Virus record (IMG/VR): IMGVR_UViG_3300034062_006701
DNA from: a virus
Lineage: Duplodnaviria > Caudoviricetes
Length of the DNA: 64,000 bases
Direction: 5' to 3' (one strand)
Under the pieces are notes generated by a model. It was given only the letters and a program-made list of their open reading frames with translations. It was not told the DNA's origin and made no database searches. This document shows, in pieces, positions 40,038-49,072 of this stretch (position 1 is the stretch's first letter; each line of letters begins with the position of its first letter). The position numbers and the translations under genes are program-made.

Positions 40038-41759
40038 TTAATTTAGATATGCCCATCCTTGTTGCTGAAGATATGTGAGATCTGTTTGATCTGGCTCGTT
40101 ACCTGTACTAATTAATATAGGCAGTGGAATTGCGTTGTCAGAGTCTCTCTCGTTACTATACATGGATGTAGGGTTAATAAAATATTTAATCCCATAGTCC
40201 ATAGACTTAATAACTTGCGGGCGCTTGTTGTCATCGAGCTCTACGATTTCATAATATTTTTCTGTAACTTCATTCTCTAAAATCATTAATGTCCAAATAA
40301 GACTCATAACCCTATCATCGTGGCTATCACTACCTGACTTTGCAGCCCATGTACCGTTCGGGTATCTTACAAATCCCTTGAGTTCAGCTAATGTTTTTAT
40401 GTCACGTATACGGACAACGTTAAGTTCATTAATCCAATAGCGCATATTAGTCACACCTTTGTATTTGGTGTTTGTATGCGCAACAACCCCAGGCTTGTTA
40501 AAAATTTTATCACCGGCCTTTGAACCGTAATTTACAATATTTTCATATCTTAGGTTATTTTTTAGCTGATCTACAACCTGTGCACCGCAATTATTTCGTT
40601 CAATTAATGCCGGGGGGTTTCCCCAGTGTTGTAGAATTTCATGTAGTTTTGTTGTAAAATTGTATGGGCTAATGTTACGGTTATGGTAAATTGCAACCTG
40701 TTCTATATTACGTAAATCGGTAATATCTAGAACCTGTACGACAGATGCAGCTTCACCGACACCCTCAGCTACATCGACACCAACTACATATAACCGCTCC
40801 TTATCTGGTTCTCTCCATAATAGATAATGTCCTTCATCAAACACAAATGTCGGCTCTGCGCATTCTGCCTTTAACTTTTCGAAGAATGCTTCGTCAATAG
40901 CGCTCTCACCAGTTTGTAGGAAAGTATTGCCAAATTCTTGGTCAAACTTTTCTCTACTACCCATCTCGCGAATGGTTTTATTTTTCCATTTTTCATCTCT
41001 ACCCGGCACCTCCCACCAATCAACACGTTCTGCTTTCCACCCATTATGTTTTTCAGGGTCCTGCTCCATAGCTCCTGAATACAGATCATGAAATAAATTA
41101 CCTGTGCCGTTTGGTGTACTAGCTACAAATATTTTTGATTTTTTAGATGAAGATATAATAGGGTATACAGATGCCCAAAATTCCTCTACTAAATGATTAT
41201 CAATAAAGGCTAGCTCATCAAGTAAAACAACGTTTACAGAATCACCTCTACCTGCATCACTGCTTGTGGTACTGATACCAATACTCGACCCATTTGCTAA
41301 AGACATTGATGTTTTACCATATTCAATGACACCTGGCTTTAAATAGTTCGGTAGTTTTTCATATGCCATTCTAACACGCTTAAAGATATTAATAGCGGTC
41401 GACTCTTTATTTGCCACAATAAGCACGCGTTGATCTTCTTGGAAACAAACGATCCAAAGAGCGTAAATTGTGAAGAGAGTCGTTTTACCACTCTGTCTAC
41501 TTGATAACATACACACAAACCGACTGTCACGTAGTGATCGGAGAATTCTCTTTTGATATAAATGAAGCTGAATCTTTATTTTACCTTGATCGAGATTAGT
41601 AATATAAAAGAAGTTCTCTGCAAAATATAAAATGTTTTTTTTACATTTTTCAATATCCTTAACCCATTCAGGGTTTGCACCATAATCAAACATTGCGTCT
41701 GGTGTCGGTAGACTTTCATTACCTAGATAAAACTGCTGTTTCTCTTTTTTATTAGCCAT
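40038..41759 (-). CDS. gp17: Terminase large subunit gp17
   Basis: SRQSGKTT, Walker B LLDELAF, ASTPNG, nuclease GVDVAEG and HDDRVMS. Start taken as ATG 41759; 41780 is the alternative. Confidence 0.97.
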   Translation of the reverse strand: MANKKEKQQFYLGNESLPTPDAMFDYGANPEWVKDIEKCKKNILYFAENFFYITNLDQGKIKIQLHLYQKRILRSLRDSRFVCMLSSRQSGKTTLFTIYALWIVCFQEDQRVLIVANKESTAINIFKRVRMAYEKLPNYLKPGVIEYGKTSMSLANGSSIGISTTSSDAGRGDSVNVVLLDELAFIDNHLVEEFWASVYPIISSSKKSKIFVASTPNGTGNLFHDLYSGAMEQDPEKHNGWKAERVDWWEVPGRDEKWKNKTIREMGSREKFDQEFGNTFLQTGESAIDEAFFEKLKAECAEPTFVFDEGHYLLWREPDKERLYVVGVDVAEGVGEAASVVQVLDITDLRNIEQVAIYHNRNISPYNFTTKLHEILQHWGNPPALIERNNCGAQVVDQLKNNLRYENIVNYGSKAGDKIFNKPGVVAHTNTKYKGVTNMRYWINELNVVRIRDIKTLAELKGFVRYPNGTWAAKSGSDSHDDRVMSLIWTLMILENEVTEKYYEIVELDDNKRPQVIKSMDYGIKYFINPTSMYSNERDSDNAIPLPILISTGNEPDQTDLTYLQQQGWAYLN

Positions 41760-41763
41760 TTGA

Positions 41764-41771
41764 TATAAATA
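41764..41771 (+). promoter_or_regulatory. T4-type late promoter TATAAATA
   Basis: 11 nt before ATG 41783. Confidence 0.7.
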
Positions 41772-41782
41772 ATTAAGCATTT

Positions 41783-42658
41783 ATGAACAAAACACGCAAT
41801 CTCGTTGAAATGGGTGAATTTTATTCTTCAACCGTACTTACAGAGTCTAAGAAGAACAGCCAGTCTAAATTCCCTGGCAAGGATACATTTACAAAGCCTG
41901 GTAAGACTGTCGATGCAGAAACAGTAAAGACAGGAAAAGCATTTAATGATGCAGGTCCTGTCCGCAACAACAAAGAAGCTCTCGTAAAGGCGCAGGAGCC
42001 TGTTGCCGTGAAAGATAAGGAAACATTTACAGGTGTGGAAAATTTTTCTCAAGTATCTGGAAAAAAATTAAAGGAGAATATAAATACTTTTATGAACAAA
42101 TCTATTTTTGATCGCTTATACGAGGACGTAATGTCCGATAACATTAATTCACCAGCTGATCTCGAACAGGCTGACGCAGAGGCTCTTGAGCTTCCTGGTA
42201 CAGAGGTTGAGGAAGGCGAAGTAACAATCACACTTGATCGCGAGCTCGCAAAGAAGCTTCATGACGTTCTTATGACCGTTCTTGACTCAGAAGAAGAAGC
42301 GCCTGAGACTGAAGAAGAAGGTGCACCTGAAGAGGGTGAAATCTCTGATGAGGCAGCTGAAGATGAGCATGAAGATGAAGAGCATGAAGATGAAGAGCAT
42401 AAGGCAAAGTATGAAGCAACTGAACTCACTGAGCTTCCAGCTAGCAAAGGTCACTCTTTAACAGGTAAGAGCAACAAGGTTCACGGTACAGCTACAAGTC
42501 TTGTATCAAAGGGTGAGGGTGAAGGCAAGGTTAAGGGTGAAATCGATGCAAAGGGCTCTGATCTTAGCGACAGCAAGGGTCATTCCTTAACAAGCAAGAA
42601 CAATAAGGTTACATCAAAGACATCCAAAGTTGGATCATACCTCGCGGGTCTTAAGTAA
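41783..42658 (+). CDS. Acidic late protein, possible prohead core/internal protein
   Basis: Glu-rich middle, Lys/Ser/Gly-rich tail, several (L/I)xE sites. TATAAATA upstream and a strong terminator downstream. Confidence 0.65.
   Translation: MNKTRNLVEMGEFYSSTVLTESKKNSQSKFPGKDTFTKPGKTVDAETVKTGKAFNDAGPVRNNKEALVKAQEPVAVKDKETFTGVENFSQVSGKKLKENINTFMNKSIFDRLYEDVMSDNINSPADLEQADAEALELPGTEVEEGEVTITLDRELAKKLHDVLMTVLDSEEEAPETEEEGAPEEGEISDEAAEDEHEDEEHEDEEHKAKYEATELTELPASKGHSLTGKSNKVHGTATSLVSKGEGEGKVKGEIDAKGSDLSDSKGHSLTSKNNKVTSKTSKVGSYLAGLK
42079..42086 (+). promoter_or_regulatory. Internal T4-type late promoter TATAAATA
   Basis: Lies inside a CDS, 5 nt before an in-frame ATG. Confidence 0.6.
42092..42658 (+). 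CDS. Putative nested in-frame short isoform (MNKSIFDRLYE...)
   Basis: TATAAATA at 42079-42086, then 5 nt, then in-frame ATG 42092 (309 nt from 41783). Confidence 0.55.
   Translation: MNKSIFDRLYEDVMSDNINSPADLEQADAEALELPGTEVEEGEVTITLDRELAKKLHDVLMTVLDSEEEAPETEEEGAPEEGEISDEAAEDEHEDEEHEDEEHKAKYEATELTELPASKGHSLTGKSNKVHGTATSLVSKGEGEGKVKGEIDAKGSDLSDSKGHSLTSKNNKVTSKTSKVGSYLAGLK
42443..42610 (+). repeat. Duplicated SKGHSLTxKxNKV motif
   Basis: Copies start at 42443 and 42572, 129 nt apart. A 15-nt GAAGATGAAGAGCAT tandem also occurs at about 42371-42400. Confidence 0.8.
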
Positions 42659-42684
42659 TATTAACAAAAAATAGATTATAAATT

Positions 42685-42716
42685 AAAAGGGCCTTAGCAA
42701 TAAGGCCCTTTTTTTT
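42685..42716 (+). terminator. Intrinsic terminator
   Basis: AAAAGGGCCTTA-GCAA-TAAGGCCCTTTT hairpin with GNRA loop, running into a T tract. Confidence 0.9.
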
Positions 42717-42730
42717 GCTTAAATACTTAC

Positions 42731-43111
42731 GTGAATAGTTTCAAAGTTTTTTTTGAGCGTAATAACTTTAACCCGAACATAAACAGTAAGGGTGATTTTG
42801 TAAAATCTAGGCATCTAAATATTACAGGTGTTCCTGATCATAGTCCCACCAGTCGTCAATCAAAGAATGTAGCTAAATTTGTGCCTGATAGTCATCGCAC
42901 TATACATTCCAATAATAAACTCAAAGCATTACTTAACAATGGTAGCACAGCACCGGTGAAGATAACTGACGCTGATGTCCGTCAAATTGAAGCAGAATTT
43001 CCACCGGTTAAATACGATCCAAGCAAACCAAAAAAGCTTGGCAATACAGGTGTAGTTCTAAGATATGATCATGCACTTAATAGCCCTGTAATCGAAAAGC
43101 CTGCCACATAA
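42731..43111 (+). CDS. Hypothetical late protein with capsid-targeting-like leader
   Basis: GTG start, MNSFKVFFE-R. TAAATA 5 nt upstream. TAATG-coupled to gp14. Confidence 0.6.
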   Translation: MNSFKVFFERNNFNPNINSKGDFVKSRHLNITGVPDHSPTSRQSKNVAKFVPDSHRTIHSNNKLKALLNNGSTAPVKITDADVRQIEAEFPPVKYDPSKPKKLGNTGVVLRYDHALNSPVIEKPAT

Positions 43112-43845
43112 TGAGTACTATAACAAAAGAATATTACACAGGTGATCCTGAGCCAAAGGTATATCCTCTTACATTTGAGGATAATACTTGCTTCCGTTAT
43201 ACTGACAAAGAAAATAACGCAAGTGAGCGTATTATATATTCTAATTACTGGCGTGAACAGATTAACCTCTACGGACAAAAAATACAATACTATGTAAATA
43301 CGTTTAGCACGCTTTCTGCGGACATGCTTTACGGTGAACAACCAACACAACAATTTGCACCGCCGCTTCCACTCATTATTGCAGTTAACCTTAATGAGAA
43401 TGCTCTCATGCTTAGTAAATACGGTCTATTATCAGAAGATGAAGTTACTGCATTTGTTCATATTAGTGCTTTTTATGATCGCTTTGGCTGGGGAAGAGAA
43501 CCGAAGTCTGGCGATGTATTTCAGTTATCAGAATACGGGAGTGATAGACCGGGTGGCAGAGATGGTAGGTTTTACGAAATTACTGAACGCCTCGATCAGG
43601 ATATTGCTCAAATAAATCCTTTAGCCGGTCATTACGTCTGGCTAATAAAGGCAAAACGGTTTGAATGGTCCTTTGAGCCTGGTTTATCAGGAAGCGCAGT
43701 TAATCAACAGGTGTATGATGATACACTTGCCCCTGGTGTTCTAGGTGCACAGAAGCCATACACGTTTGATGTAAATCAGGCATCTCGCAATATTTTCGAC
43801 TACACGCAGACCGATTATAGTGATGTGTACGGCGGGTACATGTAA
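43111..43845 (+). CDS. gp14: Neck / head-completion protein gp14
   Basis: DMLYGEQPTQQF, MLSKYGLLSEDEVTAFV, PKSGDVF, FYEITE, YVWLIKAKRFEWSFE. Confidence 0.85.
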   Translation: MSTITKEYYTGDPEPKVYPLTFEDNTCFRYTDKENNASERIIYSNYWREQINLYGQKIQYYVNTFSTLSADMLYGEQPTQQFAPPLPLIIAVNLNENALMLSKYGLLSEDEVTAFVHISAFYDRFGWGREPKSGDVFQLSEYGSDRPGGRDGRFYEITERLDQDIAQINPLAGHYVWLIKAKRFEWSFEPGLSGSAVNQQVYDDTLAPGVLGAQKPYTFDVNQASRNIFDYTQTDYSDVYGGYM

Positions 43846-44124
43846 TTAAATGTCGTTACTTCTCGATGCATAACGAGCATCATAATCAGGCAAAATTTCA
43901 TTACGCAGCCCTGCAATAAATAGATCAGCTTCACGCGCAGAATTAAATTGCATTTCAACGTTGCTTTTATCTGCACCTGTGAATGTGTACTGTAGACCTG
44001 TATCACAGCTCTTGATTGTAGCTAAGCGATATGCAGTGTTTACTGAAAATACGTTTTCTTTTGATTTGTAGCCGCGTTTTGGATCTGGTTTTACGCTAAA
44101 GCTAGTGCCTGTGATGTAGTGCAT
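43846..44124 (-). CDS. Hypothetical protein
   Basis: Fills the coding gap in a minus-strand run. Confidence 0.5.
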   Translation of the reverse strand: MHYITGTSFSVKPDPKRGYKSKENVFSVNTAYRLATIKSCDTGLQYTFTGADKSNVEMQFNSAREADLFIAGLRNEILPDYDARYASRSNDI

Positions 44125-44402
44125 GGTATACGGACGTTATTAATTTCTTTAATACGTTCAATCTCTTCTAAATCAGATTTCATAGAAAGAAAACGCTCAT
44201 CGATATATTTCTGAAACGCTAAGGGCTTAATCCAATCTATATCATTACCTGGAGAACGTCGTTTGAGTTGCTCCACTCTCTTCCCAACAAGATCAATTCC
44301 TTCTAGCAGACAAAGCCATCTTGCGTATTCATCATACGACATGCTGTGTTGGCTTGCTTCAACTTCTACATTACTTGTTCTTTTTGACGATATCGATTGC
44401 AT
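44091..44402 (-). CDS. Hypothetical protein (start may be ATG 44342)
   Basis: ORF in a minus-strand run. Core YDEYARWLCLLEGI...WIKPLAFQKYIDERF looks like real protein. Confidence 0.55.
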   Translation of the reverse strand: MQSISSKRTSNVEVEASQHSMSYDEYARWLCLLEGIDLVGKRVEQLKRRSPGNDIDWIKPLAFQKYIDERFLSMKSDLEEIERIKEINNVRIPCTTSQALALA

Positions 44403-44814
44403 ATCCGAGTATTATGTAGGAAAATTTAAGAACGTCAATAATATTCTCACTCTTATTCAAAGTACATGTCAATGTATGTAATGATGTAAGATTACCAATG
44501 ATACTAATAATATTTTTTTTGTATGTATTAACGATTTCTGGTTTTATATCTTCATTTATTTTACTTTCAGCTATCGCTTTAATCATAGTCTCACAATAAA
44601 GATGTAAGAGATTATTAATGTAATTAATACCTGCTGTGTCTTTTTTATAGAAAGCTAATCCTTCTTCTAATGATTTATAATATTGAGACGGTGTTATCTG
44701 TCGTATACGACTCTCTATTTCGTTAAATGAAACGGTGCTTTCAGACGACTGAGGGATAAACGGATCTGATACTCTATCAACCGTTAATTCATTAATACTA
44801 TCGGGTATGTTCAT
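44371..44814 (-). CDS. Hypothetical protein
   Basis: ATGA-coupled to the upstream membrane protein. Confidence 0.55.
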   Translation of the reverse strand: MNIPDSINELTVDRVSDPFIPQSSESTVSFNEIESRIRQITPSQYYKSLEEGLAFYKKDTAGINYINNLLHLYCETMIKAIAESKINEDIKPEIVNTYKKNIISIIGNLTSLHTLTCTLNKSENIIDVLKFSYIILGYAIDIVKKNK

Positions 44815-45224
44815 ACTTTACTGTTGGGAATAGGAGGTAACTCTATATTTGCAATAGTTTCTGTAATTAACGCTGTCTCAGGCACTATATATACACCGAT
44901 ATGTTTCGTGCAGTGATTGCATTTATATGAATTATTTGTGTTGAGAACGATAGGTACATACTCTGTTTTCTTGAGAGAACATGGGCATGTGACTTCGAGT
45001 CCCTGTAAGGAGAATTCCTTTATACGCTCATTTTCGAGTTGTTTATTTTTTAGTTGTACTACAGCCTCGAGACATAGGATAAATGCATAATACAAACCAA
45101 ACTGGCTAATGATACACGCCAAGAACCCCATTACAGCACTTATACCGAGCTGTTGTAATATTATTGAACCTACAGTCGCGACAGTGAGTAGTATTAAAAT
45201 TTGTGTGATGAATCTAGCTGCCAT
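44811..45224 (-). CDS. Membrane protein with C-terminal Zn-ribbon
   Basis: Two N-terminal hydrophobic helices, then CPC...CNHC. Confidence 0.6.
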   Translation of the reverse strand: MAARFITQILILLTVATVGSIILQQLGISAVMGFLACIISQFGLYYAFILCLEAVVQLKNKQLENERIKEFSLQGLEVTCPCSLKKTEYVPIVLNTNNSYKCNHCTKHIGVYIVPETALITETIANIELPPIPNSKV

Positions 45225-45252
45225 TATCTATTAATATAGATCATTTAATCAA

Positions 45253-45627
45253 TTAATCAAGACCGTCTTTTAATACAGTGAATATCTTTTTTAGTTCTGT
45301 GAGTGAATTATTGAGACAGTCAATTACGCTTTTAATCTCGGCAACAGCTTTATCGTCTTCTTTGATGTTCGGGTTATTAAGAGCTGTTTTAAACATGTTT
45401 ACACAGTTACTGTGATTTGTCATTAAATCACCTAGAACGGGAACGACATTAGGCAGTGGGTACGCTAGTAAGTCATCTGCCTTTGAATTGTTAGGGCTCT
45501 GATCAGATATATTACCAAACAGGTCTTTGAATTTCGTGCGCTGAGCGCTAAATTCACGACTTGCTTGTCCGGAAACCCATTTATTATAGTACGATACTGT
45601 ATCCTCAAATAGAACCTTCTTTTTCAT
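45253..45627 (-). CDS. Hypothetical late protein with capsid-targeting-like leader
   Basis: MKKKVLFE-D. TAAATA 7 nt upstream. Confidence 0.6.
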   Translation of the reverse strand: MKKKVLFEDTVSYYNKWVSGQASREFSAQRTKFKDLFGNISDQSPNNSKADDLLAYPLPNVVPVLGDLMTNHSNCVNMFKTALNNPNIKEDDKAVAEIKSVIDCLNNSLTELKKIFTVLKDGLD

Positions 45628-45661
45628 GTGAAATTATTTAATCGCTGCAATAAATACTATT

Positions 45662-46063
45662 ATGAGTTATTTTAAGTCAAGATTCGACTATATTTTAGAG
45701 GCTGACAGTGAAGAAGCGCCGGTGCCTTCAACGGACCGTGAAGCAATGGCTCAGCAACTTGATACAGCGGCTCCTGAAGATCTCGACGTACGGCCTGCCG
45801 AAAGAGCCGCACGAATTGATCACTCAAAATTAGAACAAGCTAATGCTCTTAACGATTGGATTAAACAGATAGATGTGTTTATAAATTTTTTAAACGGTAC
45901 AGACAGCACATCAATACAATCTCAACTACACGCTGCGTCTTGTGATACAATGTTTGAAGATATAGCGAGAAGTGAAAAAAAGAAAATTGCACGTCTTGCT
46001 GCTGAACTTAGCTCGCTTAGTGAGTCTTTCAAAGGTTATCTTATTTCATCAAACGATCGCTGA
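45662..46063 (+). CDS. Hypothetical late protein with capsid-targeting-like leader
   Basis: MSYFKSRFDYILE-A. TAAATA 5 nt upstream. Confidence 0.65.
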   Translation: MSYFKSRFDYILEADSEEAPVPSTDREAMAQQLDTAAPEDLDVRPAERAARIDHSKLEQANALNDWIKQIDVFINFLNGTDSTSIQSQLHAASCDTMFEDIARSEKKKIARLAAELSSLSESFKGYLISSNDR

Positions 46064-47080
46064 TAACATCAGCTTTGCTTTTAACCCGTTGTGTGAGTTT
46101 CTTATAAAGAAATCAGGCGATATTTGGTTAATGTTTGCAGCTATACAAACATCATTTATATCCTTATAAGATTTACCAATTTTTTCCGGCCACATAAATA
46201 CAGTCTCACCGTTATCTATTAATTTTTTAGTTTTCAATTTACTTGCTTTATCCAGCCATTGGCTGTCTAATACCCATATTCTTTTATGGAATTTGAGATT
46301 ATTGATTTGCGATTCCTGAATACCTGAAAACATTTTATCGCTCTTTTCTTGTATACCTGCAACAGCTGTACCGTTTTTCACAAAAAAAGCATCTATCGGA
46401 CCCTCAAATATAAAAATATATTCAAGATCGGCTGTTATTTCATTAATGTTGTAGAGAGACTTGTCACCGTTTATTTTGCTCAAATATTTCGGTGTCTTGT
46501 CTAAATTAGATTTAATAATTGTTCTAGATTGATAGAAGGTAATTTCATCTTCGGTGTTGTAAAACGGTATTACAAGACGATTCTTATGCACTTTATCAGT
46601 TAAAGAAATCCATAATGACCTTGGTCTATTAATAGCGGTATCGAGCTTACGCCGTTGTATTAATTCAATTGCCTCTTTAACTACGTGATTGTCTCTATGG
46701 TATTCCACCTGCATTGGATCAAAGAGATTAATGCAATCAAGAGGTAGCTTGTGCTCATGTTTCTCAGTTATACCTACAGGTTCTTCACGCGAGATATCTA
46801 CAGGTAATACATCATAGGTATTAATTTCATTGAGTATCTCCCTATAAGTCTGACCAGATAACTCCTGTATCCATTTTACCGGGTTACTGTACCAACCACA
46901 ATTGTGACAACAAATTACATTATCTTTCGTTAGATAGTAACATCTACGCTTCTTAAGCCAGGAGTTACCTTCACGACAAATAGGACATGAGCCTTGATAC
47001 GTATGATTATACCCATTGTGCTTTACACCACCTGAGTATGTATAAAACTTCTGTACAACGTATTCTTGAGGTATAGTCAC
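46049..47080 (-). CDS. gp61: DNA primase gp61
   Basis: Zn finger CPIC...CHNCG; RLVIPFY; TOPRIM FEGPIDAF and WVLD. Confidence 0.93.
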   Translation of the reverse strand: MTIPQEYVVQKFYTYSGGVKHNGYNHTYQGSCPICREGNSWLKKRRCYYLTKDNVICCHNCGWYSNPVKWIQELSGQTYREILNEINTYDVLPVDISREEPVGITEKHEHKLPLDCINLFDPMQVEYHRDNHVVKEAIELIQRRKLDTAINRPRSLWISLTDKVHKNRLVIPFYNTEDEITFYQSRTIIKSNLDKTPKYLSKINGDKSLYNINEITADLEYIFIFEGPIDAFFVKNGTAVAGIQEKSDKMFSGIQESQINNLKFHKRIWVLDSQWLDKASKLKTKKLIDNGETVFMWPEKIGKSYKDINDVCIAANINQISPDFFIRNSHNGLKAKLMLSAIV

Positions 47081-47087
47081 AAATATA

Positions 47088-47116
47088 ATTTTATATTATA
47101 TTTGCAAAGATAACAA
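47088..47116 (-). promoter_or_regulatory. Sigma70-like promoter for primase
   Basis: TTGTTA-17-TAAAAT, 7 nt before GTG. Confidence 0.55.
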
Positions 47117-47118
47117 GT

Positions 47119-47304
47119 CTATTTTTTGGTTTCTGAAATATCTCTTACAGAGACAATACCTTTACGAATAAAGGATCCAGAGGCGGGGTCAATATATTCT
47201 GCTTCAACGATTTCTTGTTGATTGCGAATATATGTCTTAAGTCTCGGCTTAACGGGTTCACCGCTAATAGGTGATTGAATAATCTTCGGTTGAATTAGAT
47301 CCAT
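47119..47304 (-). CDS. Small hypothetical protein
   Basis: 61 aa. TAAATA 5 nt upstream supports a real start. Confidence 0.6.
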   Translation of the reverse strand: MDLIQPKIIQSPISGEPVKPRLKTYIRNQQEIVEAEYIDPASGSFIRKGIVSVRDISETKK

Positions 47305-47312
47305 GTAATTAT

Positions 47313-47624
47313 TTAATCTTCACTGCGTTTCGATTCAACTTTGTTTTTTTTGTGTTGTAGCTTACAGGTCGCATAAACGTATCTGGGTAACCTCTCAACG
47401 ACCTCGAGTATATGCTCACTAATACCTATTACAAATTTCTCGTGCGAGATTACTCTGTTCTTCATATCAGGTAATGATAGGAAAGAATGTTCATCCTTCA
47501 CATCTTCGATGTATACCAGTAACTCACCGAGTAGCGCACCTTTAGTAACAGCATAAATATAGCCTGGATGCGGCTTTTTATTTTTCTTAAAAAGATTCTT
47601 AACCTTGTTCGCTAGTGTCTTCAT
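47313..47624 (-). CDS. Hypothetical protein
   Basis: ORF in the minus-strand run downstream of the clamp gene. Confidence 0.55.
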   Translation of the reverse strand: MKTLANKVKNLFKKNKKPHPGYIYAVTKGALLGELLVYIEDVKDEHSFLSLPDMKNRVISHEKFVIGISEHILEVVERLPRYVYATCKLQHKKNKVESKRSED

Positions 47625-47934
47625 CTATGTGATGATTATGAAAATATTTGTTAATTAACGTCACTAGTGAGTCTGCTTCTTGTTGATTCCGCGCCGATAT
47701 ACAGTGTATTGGTTCGCCGTCAAATGTATACCCAAGGATCATAAACGAAGATAAAAACTCCTCTACGACTGAAGAGAGTGTGCGCAAGTCTTTTTTAACG
47801 ATAGATTCATTTTTAAGCTTTTCCTGTAAAGAAGCAGCCATGGCTTGCTTAATTAGCTCTTTCGCTTGAGGATCAAGACTCGTGTCAAATTTCTTTAATT
47901 TTGTTTTTTTATTCTGCTTCTTGTCGCTCATCAT
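47599..47934 (-). CDS. Hypothetical protein
   Basis: TAAATA 6 nt before the second ATG (47931). Confidence 0.6.
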   Translation of the reverse strand: MMSDKKQNKKTKLKKFDTSLDPQAKELIKQAMAASLQEKLKNESIVKKDLRTLSSVVEEFLSSFMILGYTFDGEPIHCISARNQQEADSLVTLINKYFHNHHIDEDTSEQG

Positions 47935-48283
47935 TATTATTTAATCCCTTCGATATGTATCTAGAGCGACCGTGGTACACCGCGTTATTACAAACACCGT
48001 GTGAGAGAAGGTAGTCAATAATAACTTCAATGCTGTCTGTTTTTATACTAAAATTTTTCGGAATACGTGCACCACCGTCGTTTAATTCAAATAAGATCTC
48101 ACCGAGGTCATTCTTGTTATTATAGCATGTTATAATAACGGAGCTCTCACTAGGGTTAACCATTATTGTCCATCTACGGGGATCGCTTTTTGCATAAACG
48201 GAGAATAAGCGTAATACGATAAATCCATTGTCGCGTAAACGTTTAATAAAATAGCTAGGTGTTTTTATTTTGTTGTTACTCAT
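47909..48283 (-). CDS. Hypothetical protein
   Basis: Starts 8 nt after the clamp stop codon. Confidence 0.6.
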   Translation of the reverse strand: MSNNKIKTPSYFIKRLRDNGFIVLRLFSVYAKSDPRRWTIMVNPSESSVIITCYNNKNDLGEILFELNDGGARIPKNFSIKTDSIEVIIDYLLSHGVCNNAVYHGRSRYISKGLNNNDERQEAE

Positions 48284-48290
48284 ATGTATA

Positions 48291-49025
48291 TTAGTTTTGT
48301 AACGCAGATGCTATAAATTTAATTTTAGTATTATCTGTGTCTGATGTGAGGATTAATAATCCACGCTTTGATGCAATATCGACTGCTAGAGTTTTAAACT
48401 TCACACTAGAAATTATTCTAAATAATTCAAAATTCAAGGGTATATGTAAATTTATTTGTTCTCCAGTAAAATCTGTTGATATTTTAATCCCATATGAATC
48501 TGTATTAGCGCGAGACTTATCTGTTAATTCTCCGTACACATCACCGTCTTTAAATGATAGATAAATTTTATTTGTTTCTGTAGCTATTGAACTACCTTTA
48601 ATAAGAGAGCCTAAGGATATATGTGATATGGTAAATCTACCATCATATGGCATATCCGCCAATTTATCAAAATTAATCTGTTTCGATGTTTTGATAATAT
48701 TGTCTTCATAAAGATGATACTTAAACTTAACATCTGAAGAGGTATAACTAATATTATTAAGAGATACATCTAGATCACAACTCGATTCTTCAATGCATGA
48801 TAGCACACGGCACAGCTTTTTAACATCAGGTATGTTAAGGTTTTTTTGGCTTTCAAACCCAATATTAGTGTACTCTAAATACACAACAAGAGTATTATCA
48901 CTCGTTGTTATAATAGCAGAAACCTTATTTGGTGTTAGCTTTAATACAGCGCTATCTGCAACTCTGCTCACAGGTGCGAGGAAATTAGTTAAAAATTCTT
49001 CTCGGTTTTTTAAATTAAAAATCAT
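48291..49025 (-). CDS. gp45: Sliding clamp gp45
   Basis: 244 aa with two-domain beta-clamp-like periodicity (LNIPDVKKLCRVL; KFKYHL). Replisome context. Confidence 0.75.
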   Translation of the reverse strand: MIFNLKNREEFLTNFLAPVSRVADSAVLKLTPNKVSAIITTSDNTLVVYLEYTNIGFESQKNLNIPDVKKLCRVLSCIEESSCDLDVSLNNISYTSSDVKFKYHLYEDNIIKTSKQINFDKLADMPYDGRFTISHISLGSLIKGSSIATETNKIYLSFKDGDVYGELTDKSRANTDSYGIKISTDFTGEQINLHIPLNFELFRIISSVKFKTLAVDIASKRGLLILTSDTDNTKIKFIASALQN

Positions 49026-49030
49026 GATTT

Positions 49031-49059
49031 ATTATAAATTAATCTTGTAATAAAATCAA
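49031..49059 (-). promoter_or_regulatory. Sigma70-like promoter for sliding clamp
   Basis: TTGATT-17-TATAAT, 5 nt before ATG. Confidence 0.75.
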
Positions 49060-49072
49060 TTAGTTTGATTAG

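Noticed and set aside
42071-42076. AAGGAG Shine-Dalgarno upstream of internal ATG 42092
   Set aside because: It is 15 nt from the ATG, lies upstream of the TATAAATA box, and is explained by Lys-Glu codons.
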